Shown here: positions 17,375 through 24,000 of the stretch, piece after piece
Layout: every line of letters begins with the position of its first letter
Numbering within the stretch: position 1 is the stretch's first letter
NCBI GenBank assembly: GCA_040389065.1
Contig: JAZKAR010000001.1
Location: 200,627 to 224,626 of the forward strand
Origin: Pseudomonadota bacterium
GTDB lineage: Bacteria > Pseudomonadota > Gammaproteobacteria > Burkholderiales > Casimicrobiaceae
DNA: 24,000 bases
Direction: 5' to 3'
Translations under genes and position numbers: made by a program
The notes under the pieces: generated by a model
Database searches by the model: none
What the model saw: only the letters and a program-made list of their open reading frames with translations
Told to the model about the DNA's origin: nothing

Positions 17375-18082
17375 ATGCCATCTACAGCGTTGCAATATCA
17401 TCTTGCTTATTTAGGCAACCTAGTAAATAAGTTATATGGCACATGGCTTAAAGCATATTTTAAAGCTAGTGCTTTTCTCTTTATAATATTTCTACCGTTA
17501 CAGCTTAATGCTACTACGTGGGTGATTTTACGGACTCGGCAAGGTGATGCCCAGCATGCTTATGATAAAGATCGTTTAAGGGCTGATGGTGCTAACATTA
17601 TTTTTTGGCGACGAATACGTTTTAAAAGTCCTCAGCCAAGTGGATTTGGAGAGGTTAGTCGAGCTATTTATCAAGAAAGAATAGATTGCCAAAATCAAAC
17701 CCTACAAACATTATTTGTAGGGTTGTATGATGAAGAGCATCGAGCTTTGTTAGAGCGAGCAATGCCTGAAAATACGCCCTCAACAGTAATTTTACCTGAA
17801 AGTATTGGCGAGCTTTTTCAAAATTCAATCTGCCGTTTTGCCATTATTCCTGCTCCAGGAAGTACTTCATCCAATAATCGTATTACTAATTCTAATAGCA
17901 TAAAACCAACTACTCCTTTTGTACCGCAGCGGCGGCCGGTAGTGATTGATAATCCTTTATCTGGTACTACATCCCCTCAGGGAAATACGCCAATTTTTCC
18001 GCCGATTTCTACTCCTGATTTACTTATTCCACCTATTGCGCCGCCAATAGTGCCACCTTTATTACCGTTAACTCCGCCTTGA
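17375..18082 (+). CDS. Secreted or membrane-anchored protein with a surface-adhesin-E-like core and a C-terminal proline-rich tail
   Basis: It has a hydrophobic N-terminal segment, ASAFLFIIFLPLQLNA. The core pattern W-V-x..YDKDRL..DGANIIFW..(P)..G..S....ERIDCQNQTL....LYD resembles the adhesin-E family layout. The tail reads PIFPPISTPDLLIPPIAPPIVPPLLPLTPP. The family call rests on pattern memory only. Confidence 0.55.
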   Translation: MPSTALQYHLAYLGNLVNKLYGTWLKAYFKASAFLFIIFLPLQLNATTWVILRTRQGDAQHAYDKDRLRADGANIIFWRRIRFKSPQPSGFGEVSRAIYQERIDCQNQTLQTLFVGLYDEEHRALLERAMPENTPSTVILPESIGELFQNSICRFAIIPAPGSTSSNNRITNSNSIKPTTPFVPQRRPVVIDNPLSGTTSPQGNTPIFPPISTPDLLIPPIAPPIVPPLLPLTPP

Positions 18083-18193
18083 TTGAAAAATCAAATGATT
18101 TGGCGTATTTACGCATCTTGCACTATGAGAAAATCTATTGATTTCTATTTAAAATCTTAGGCTTGAATATGTACTAGAACAACTGTATTTTTG

Positions 18194-18856
18194 TTAGGCA
18201 ATTTTTTTTACAATACACTGAATTTGTGCAACTGCATCGCAGTAGCGGGTTTGATCAATTGAGGTGAAATTGGCAAGAAATCTTTCAATACTTGGTAAAT
18301 AAACACCTTTTTTTCTTAGTTTAATACATTTTTTAAATAATGAACGTGCAAAACGGTTTGATTTTAATAATTGATGTCTATAAATACTATAATCATATCC
18401 CTGATTTTGAAGCATAAGATTAACAATTTTGCTGTGAGGCAAAGATTGAGCAATATCCAAAACATTTACTGATACAGAAGACCAGCTGTTTGCCTTTGAA
18501 ATTGTAAATGTATATTTATGATCATCATTAAATCTACTTGGAAAAACTCCTTGCTCATAAAGATCTTCATCAGGAACAATAAAAAAAAGATGCCCGCCTA
18601 CGCGAACTAACTTCCACCAATCGAGTAATGCTTGTTGTGGATCACGCATATGCTCTAAACAATGTGAGGCATACACAAAATCAAACTCTTCGTCAATATA
18701 ACTGCTAATTTTATTGGCATCGCCGTCCTTTACATCAAACGTTCTGGCTGTCGAGGTAACAGGATCATTGCCACATCCTATATCAATACCTTTTCCTGCC
18801 AATATAGTATGTTCTAATGTGCCCCATAACTTTCTGGTTTTACTGGTTTCATTCAT
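18194..18856 (-). CDS. Class I SAM-dependent methyltransferase
   Basis: It has motif I, GIDIGCGNDP, followed by FDFVYASHCLEHMRDP and LVRVGGHLFFIVP, which is typical of Methyltransf_11/23-type enzymes. Confidence 0.85.
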   Translation of the reverse strand: MNETSKTRKLWGTLEHTILAGKGIDIGCGNDPVTSTARTFDVKDGDANKISSYIDEEFDFVYASHCLEHMRDPQQALLDWWKLVRVGGHLFFIVPDEDLYEQGVFPSRFNDDHKYTFTISKANSWSSVSVNVLDIAQSLPHSKIVNLMLQNQGYDYSIYRHQLLKSNRFARSLFKKCIKLRKKGVYLPSIERFLANFTSIDQTRYCDAVAQIQCIVKKIA

Positions 18857-18923
18857 AATTGTTGATTCCGAAAGTGCAGTAATAAAATTGATATTTAAAT
18901 TCCTAAAATTAAAGGAAGGGTTG

Positions 18924-19835
18924 ATGAAAATATTATTTTTTTCTCATGATGGTAAGCTAGGTGATGCTATTTTACATACTTCTTTTGTGAAGGGAATAAA
19001 AGAAAGATTACCGAATGCACAGTTGTTTTGTACAACTGCTGGTGCAACATCTCAATTTTGGCAACGTGATAATCGTATTTCAAAATCTTGGGTATTCAAT
19101 AAAAAAAATTTATGGGAAACTATTAAGTTTGCATGGATGCTTCGTTCAATAAAACTAGATTATATTATTGCCTGGAATCTGATTCGCGCAGAAAAGCTTC
19201 GCTTTCTCTGCTGGTTAGCTAATCCTAAATATGGAGTAAAAATTTATACTATTTCAGATAATGAACATGCTTCTCAAAAAGAGTGGAAAGCATTATGTAA
19301 TTTATTACCTGATGAATTATTTTTGCAACCTATTCCCTATGATATTCCGCTTCCGAAGCTAGCAAGAAAATGGGATAAAGAAGCTATTTTATTAAATTGT
19401 TTTGGTAATGATGAAAGACGCTCTTTACTTCTTAATGAGGCATTATTTTTGATTAAAGAAATTAATAGAGTAATGCCTAAAGTGAAAATTTATTTAACCT
19501 ATATTGATCGAAATCAAGATTTTGTAAAAAAAATTATAGAGCGAAATGAATGTAAGCAAATAGAAGAAGTAAACTGTCAAGATGATATAGATCGGCTGGT
19601 TTCATTATGTGTGCATGTAAAAGTAGTTATTACTCCAGATACCAGTATAGTGCATTTAGCCTCAACATTTAATTGCCCCGTGATTGCTATTTTTAAAAAG
19701 GATCCTATTTTAATAACTAATTGGGCACCAAAATCGTCCAATTATATTATTGTCCAGTCAAAGCAAAATGAAAATATACACGGATTTTCTATAGAAGAAG
19801 TAGTTAAATCACTTCATGAGCTTTACAAATATTAA
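18924..19835 (+). CDS. Glycosyltransferase family 9 (heptosyltransferase-like)
   Basis: It contains MKILFFSHDGKLGDAILHTSFVKGIKERLPNAQL and, C-terminally, VVITPDTSIVHLASTFNCPVIAIF, the GT9 layout. The start is set at the ATG at 18924, with AGGAAGG upstream; the track extension back to 18714 overlaps the divergent methyltransferase gene. Confidence 0.85.
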   Translation: MKILFFSHDGKLGDAILHTSFVKGIKERLPNAQLFCTTAGATSQFWQRDNRISKSWVFNKKNLWETIKFAWMLRSIKLDYIIAWNLIRAEKLRFLCWLANPKYGVKIYTISDNEHASQKEWKALCNLLPDELFLQPIPYDIPLPKLARKWDKEAILLNCFGNDERRSLLLNEALFLIKEINRVMPKVKIYLTYIDRNQDFVKKIIERNECKQIEEVNCQDDIDRLVSLCVHVKVVITPDTSIVHLASTFNCPVIAIFKKDPILITNWAPKSSNYIIVQSKQNENIHGFSIEEVVKSLHELYKY

Positions 19836-19881
19836 AATTTTTGAGTGATACATTAGTTTCTTACTAGTCTTAAATTGGAGA

Positions 19882-21147
19882 TTGAGTTTGCGTAAAAAAT
19901 GGATAATTATTTCCTATTTTTCTAATATAAATAATAACCCTGCCTCAATTCATATAGATGATCGATTTAAAATTCTTATTGAAAATGAAGTTGATTGCTA
20001 TTTGGTTTCATCAATTATAGGTAAAAAATATTCAGGATTTTTTCATGTTCGTACTCCTTCTTTATCAGTTTCAGGATTACGTTATGAGCTTAGATTTTTT
20101 TTAAGAAGTAAAATAGAAAGTAAGATATTTTATAATTTAATTCTAAGCATTATTATGATAATTTTTTCGCCCTTTCTGTTAATAGAATTTCTTTTGACAA
20201 GAAATTTCTTTTTGCAATTAAATTTATCATGGTCTTGGGCAATTACTGGGGGATTGGTTGCAGCATGGATTATATGGAAAAAAAATATAGATATTATTTA
20301 TAGCACAGGGGGAAGTGTTTCAAGCCAAACGGCAGCATGGATTGCATCAAGGCTAACAGGCAAGCCCTGGATCTCAGAAATGCAGGATCCCTTAACACAC
20401 TTATATAATAAAAATAGACCAGCAGAATTAAGATTTAATTTATGGGTCGAAAAAAAAATTGCACAACAAGCTAAAAAAATGATTTTTCTTACTGAAAATG
20501 CAGTAGCAGCATCAAAAAAGCGTATTCCCATATATGCAAATAAAATAATAGTTTTGCGTCCAGGGCTTAAAAAAATAAATACGATTGATAGTTCACAACA
20601 AACACAATTAAAATTTATTCATCTAGGAACATTAGATGGAACAAGAAATCTTACAGGTTTTTTAGATGGAATGACGATTGTATGCAAAGGTTCTTCTTTA
20701 CAGTGGTCTTTAGAATTATATGGACATATTGGCAAAAATATTACTAAAGAAATTGATCGTTTTAAGCAAAATGCAAATATTAAAAAATTTGGTAAAATAA
20801 GCCGAGAAAAAAGCTTAGATTTGATGTGTAGTGGAGCAATCTTACTTTTAATTCAAAATTTATCTGAAGAATCTCATGAGACCATACCATCAAAAGTTTA
20901 TGAGTATTTACAAAGTGGAAGATTGATTTTAGGGCTTATTTATCAGAATACTGAGCTAAGGGATTTATTATGTTCTCATGGTCATTATGTTGCTGAGGTA
21001 AATAATCCACAAGCAATTGCTGAGGCTATTGATAAAATTTTTTTACGATTTCAACAAGCTAAACTCCATTCAGATATTAAACCATATACTTACACGGTTG
21101 AAGATTCTGTTAAGCGACTTATTGAAATAGCTAATGATGATAGTTAA
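19882..21147 (+). CDS. Glycosyltransferase, GT-B fold (GT4/WcaI-like) with a membrane-associated N-terminal segment
   Basis: IDIIYSTGGSVSSQTAAWIASRLTGKPWISEMQDP and the C-terminal EESHETIPSKVYEYLQSGRLILG motif are typical of GT4 enzymes. It uses a TTG start with GGAG upstream. A hydrophobic stretch spans residues about 85-130. Confidence 0.78.
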   Translation: MSLRKKWIIISYFSNINNNPASIHIDDRFKILIENEVDCYLVSSIIGKKYSGFFHVRTPSLSVSGLRYELRFFLRSKIESKIFYNLILSIIMIIFSPFLLIEFLLTRNFFLQLNLSWSWAITGGLVAAWIIWKKNIDIIYSTGGSVSSQTAAWIASRLTGKPWISEMQDPLTHLYNKNRPAELRFNLWVEKKIAQQAKKMIFLTENAVAASKKRIPIYANKIIVLRPGLKKINTIDSSQQTQLKFIHLGTLDGTRNLTGFLDGMTIVCKGSSLQWSLELYGHIGKNITKEIDRFKQNANIKKFGKISREKSLDLMCSGAILLLIQNLSEESHETIPSKVYEYLQSGRLILGLIYQNTELRDLLCSHGHYVAEVNNPQAIAEAIDKIFLRFQQAKLHSDIKPYTYTVEDSVKRLIEIANDDS

Positions 21148-21155
21148 AGTAAATA

Positions 21156-21851
21156 CTATTTTCTTTCTAAAGCCTCAATACGGTCTAAAAGCTCTTGAAG
21201 AGTCTGCTGAACAGGGTCAGGCATTGAGGCGCCAGTGCCATAAGCTGCAAATGGATGTGCTGGGGTTAATGGTTTTTCTGAGGATGTTGATTCTGATGTT
21301 TTGTCTAGTTTGCTTTCGACTCGATTAGATGAAAGTATTCGTGCAGGTATTCCTACAGCCGTCGCTGAGGCAGGCACAGAATTAACAACAACAGCATTTG
21401 AGCCAATTTTTGCATCCATACCAATGGTTATAGGGCCTAATACTTTTGCTCCCGCACCTACGACTACCCCAGCCTCTAACGTAGGATGACGCTTGCCAGG
21501 TGAAAGGCTTGTGCCACCCAGTGTTACTCCCTGATACAGCGTACAGTCTTCTCCGACTATAGTCGTTTCGCCAATGACAACCCCCATTCCATGGTCTATA
21601 AAAACTCTTCTTCCTATTTGTGCACCTGGATGGATTTCTATACCCGTCATAAAACGCCCTATAGAGGAAATCCATCGAGCAAATAAAAAGAACTTATGAT
21701 TCCAAAGTGCATGGGAAAAGCGATGAATCATAAGAGCATGTATACCGGGATAACATAAAATAACCTCAAAAATAGATCGGGCAGCAGGGTCTCGATCTCT
21801 AACTGCTTGTATATCTTCAAGCCATCTATGCATAAAAAAGCTCCGGAACAT
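21156..21851 (-). CDS. cysE: Serine O-acetyltransferase
   Basis: It contains [61 protein letters not shown] and hexapeptide repeats, plus a C-terminal tail of about 55 aa. Confidence 0.93.
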   Translation of the reverse strand: MFRSFFMHRWLEDIQAVRDRDPAARSIFEVILCYPGIHALMIHRFSHALWNHKFFLFARWISSIGRFMTGIEIHPGAQIGRRVFIDHGMGVVIGETTIVGEDCTLYQGVTLGGTSLSPGKRHPTLEAGVVVGAGAKVLGPITIGMDAKIGSNAVVVNSVPASATAVGIPARILSSNRVESKLDKTSESTSSEKPLTPAHPFAAYGTGASMPDPVQQTLQELLDRIEALERK

Positions 21852-22217
21852 ACGTATATTTATAAATACGCAAACGTGATAAATTTTTTAAAATACTATT
21901 GAAGTAAACGATGTGGCAAAAATGAATGAATGTTATTAATAAAGCTTTATTAGGTCTTGCCTATGAAAAATGCAAAAAAATTTTAGATCTTCTATATTAC
22001 TAAATACTTCATCAAAAGCCTATAAGGCTAGCTTTATAAGGTAACAATGTTTAGAAAAAATTAAGCAGGTAGTATCAAATTGTGCGTGTAATATAGGTAT
22101 TTTTGCTACTGAATAAATTAAAGGGTGTAAAAGAATTTTTAAAAGTGTATTTAAAATGTACCCTCTCGCTCGAATGTAATTATAATCTTTCGATTCTACT
22201 TCTTTTTTATAGTGGCT

Positions 22218-24000
22218 ATGAAACGCTTCTTTGTCTATCTTGCTTGGGTGGTAGGGGGCAGCTGTGTGGTCGGGGCTGCTGTGGTTGGTTTCATGGCAAT
22301 GATCGCCTACACGCAATTGCCTAGTTTATCGTTAGTGACGAACTACCAGCCTAAGGTTCCCTTGCGAATATTTAGTATCGAGGGTGAGTTAATTGGTGAG
22401 TTTGGTCTTGAACGCCGCCAGGTTGTGCGTATACAAGATGTACCTCCACTAATGAAAAATGCCATTCTTGCTGCAGAAGATGCTCGTTTTTATGAGCATA
22501 GCGGCGTTGATTTTGTCGGCGTTGGTAGAGCTGTACTTGCTAATTTGCGCGGGCATCAACAAGGTGCCGGCACGATTACGATGCAAGTGGCGCGAGAATT
22601 CTTTTTAACACGAGAGAAAAAGATTAGCCGCAAAGTAAATGAAATTTTGCTGGCATATCGTATTGAAGCTGCGCTTTCAAAAGATCAAATTTTAGAGCTT
22701 TATATCAATCAAATTCACTTAGGCCAGCGCTCGTATGGGTTTTCTGCTGCTGCCCAAACGTATTTTGGAAAATCATTAAAGGCGTTAACACCTGCTGATG
22801 CTGCAATGTTAGCAGGCTTACCTAAAGCCCCTTCTCGCGATAATCCTATTGCAAACCCTAAGCGTGCCATGGTACGTCGTAATTATATTTTACAACGTAT
22901 GTATCAGCTACATTTCATTACTCAGGATGAGTACGAAGCTGCTGTTAAAGAGCCTGCTGTTCCTGAGCATCAAGTCGTAGATTTAAATCGACATACTGAA
23001 TATGTATCAGAAATGGTTCGCCAAGCATTATTTGATAATTTTGGTGAGGCTGCCTATGAAAAGGGCTACCAAGTTCATACTACTATTCGCAAGGCTGACC
23101 AGGAGTCTGCCTATAACGCAGTTAGACGTGGAGTGATGGAATATGATTATCGCCATGGGTACCGTGGCCCAGAACACTTTTTTACGCTACCGTCTAATCT
23201 TGAAGAAGCAGAGTCAACGATTGAGAAAATTTTCGCAGGAAAAGTAGATGAGAAAAATATCGTTGATCATGAAGATTTACGCCCTGCAATTGTATTAAGT
23301 GCAAGTGCCTCGCACGTTCGTGCTATGTTACCAGACGGGCAAACGCTCGATTTGAAGGGTAATGCCCTACGTTTTGTGCGTCGGGCATTAGGCTCTTCAG
23401 CGCCCGGTACTATTCGATTGCGTAGAGGTGCTTTGATTCGTGTGATTAATGAGAATGATGGATGGTCAATTAGTCAGATGCCAAATGTAGAGGCTGCACT
23501 GATTGCGCTATCGCCTGATGATGGTTCTATTCGTGCGCTCGTAGGCGGATTTGATTTTAGCCATAATAAGTTTAATCATGTTACTCAAGCTGAGCGTCAG
23601 CCAGGTTCTAGTTTTAAGCCATTCATTTATTCTGCAGCGCTTGAGAAAGGGTTTGGTCCTTCTACGATTATTAATGATTCACCTCTTTCCATTGATGATG
23701 GCAGTAATGGAGTTTGGGAGCCTAAAAACTATGATGGGCATTATGAAGGCCCTATGAAAATGCGCACGGCTCTCATGAAATCTAAGAATATGGTGTCCAT
23801 TCGAATTCTACAGTCTATAACGCCATCCTATGCCCAAGAATACATTAAGCATTTTGGGTTTAACCCTCAAAAGCATCCTGCTTATTTAACAATGGCATTA
23901 GGAGCAGGAACGGTAACTCCATTGCAGATGGCTAATGCGTATGCAGTATTTGCAAATCAAGGGCATCGTGTTACGCCACACTTGATTACGAAAGTGCTTG
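22218..24000 (+). CDS. mrcA: Penicillin-binding protein 1A (bifunctional transglycosylase/transpeptidase), 3'-truncated by the window
   Basis: This gene is not in the supplied ORF track because no stop codon occurs before the window end. My own translation from the ATG at 22218 gives MKRFFVYLAWVVGGS...(TM)...AAEDARFYEHSGVDF..GTITMQVAREFF..RKVNEILLAYRIE...LPKAPSRDNP (GT51 motifs), then QPGSSFKPFIY (the SxxK transpeptidase motif) near 23600. The frame is uninterrupted to 23999. Confidence 0.93.
   Translation, partial: MKRFFVYLAWVVGGSCVVGAAVVGFMAMIAYTQLPSLSLVTNYQPKVPLRIFSIEGELIGEFGLERRQVVRIQDVPPLMKNAILAAEDARFYEHSGVDFVGVGRAVLANLRGHQQGAGTITMQVAREFFLTREKKISRKVNEILLAYRIEAALSKDQILELYINQIHLGQRSYGFSAAAQTYFGKSLKALTPADAAMLAGLPKAPSRDNPIANPKRAMVRRNYILQRMYQLHFITQDEYEAAVKEPAVPEHQVVDLNRHTEYVSEMVRQALFDNFGEAAYEKGYQVHTTIRKADQESAYNAVRRGVMEYDYRHGYRGPEHFFTLPSNLEEAESTIEKIFAGKVDEKNIVDHEDLRPAIVLSASASHVRAMLPDGQTLDLKGNALRFVRRALGSSAPGTIRLRRGALIRVINENDGWSISQMPNVEAALIALSPDDGSIRALVGGFDFSHNKFNHVTQAERQPGSSFKPFIYSAALEKGFGPSTIINDSPLSIDDGSNGVWEPKNYDGHYEGPMKMRTALMKSKNMVSIRILQSITPSYAQEYIKHFGFNPQKHPAYLTMALGAGTVTPLQMANAYAVFANQGHRVTPHLITKVL

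Noticed and set aside
18714-18923. 70-codon N-terminal extension of the GT9 ORF.
   Set aside because: The extension is antisense to the methyltransferase CDS and has no GT9 similarity. A good SD plus ATG at 18924 begins the conserved MKILFF... N-terminus.
21134-21675. ORFs 21134-21328 (+), 21301-21489 (+) and 21382-21675 (- strand, alternate frame).
   Set aside because: They are shadow ORFs inside cysE, a GC-rich hexapeptide-repeat region.
21852-22217. Small palindromes and mini-ORFs in the cysE-mrcA divergent spacer, for example CGTATATTTATAAATACG.
   Set aside because: The dyads are imperfect and AT-rich, and the ORFs are 8 codons or fewer. This is within chance expectation for AT-rich promoter DNA.
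22020-22324. 98-aa minus-strand ORF and 73-aa + strand ORF.
   Set aside because: They overlap the mrcA promoter and 5' coding region in other frames. mrcA explains the open frames.

Overview
This 24-kb window looks like a chromosomal segment of a proteobacterium; the protein sequences look beta- or gamma-proteobacterial, but the taxon is not determinable from here. Core genes run about 45-55% GC and the spacers are much more AT-rich.

Most of the window is housekeeping. In order it carries:
- a 5'-truncated HExxH zinc metalloprotease
- a thioredoxin-like gene followed by anmK (minus strand)
- tyrS
- rppH, overlapping an uncharacterised polytopic membrane protein
- an SLT lytic transglycosylase
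- the heat-shock locus grpE / dnaK / dnaJ (minus strand), with two textbook sigma-32 promoters
- an RDD-family membrane protein
- RNase P RNA (rnpB, type A)
- a LuxR-family receptor with no luxI in the window
- rluE
- icd
- a secreted adhesin-E-like protein with a proline-rich tail
- a low-GC three-gene glycan-modification cluster (SAM methyltransferase, GT9, GT4)
- cysE
- the 5' part of PBP1A (mrcA), which is missing from the supplied ORF track because it runs off the window

I see no CRISPR array, tRNA or rRNA gene, transposase, phage gene or recognisable defence or toxin system, and I cannot support a coherent novel multi-gene system.

The observations most worth a second look are:
- a previously unrecognised (to me) 119-135 bp palindromic MITE-like element, present twice, one copy of which supplies the last codons and the stop codon of rluE
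- the LuxR solo, which keeps the canonical AHL-pocket residues and sits next to a 786-bp, extremely AT-rich, ORF-free tract containing phased direct repeats
- the compositionally foreign glycosyltransferase/methyltransferase island next to the adhesin-like gene
- an inverted-repeat element that splits dnaK from dnaJ
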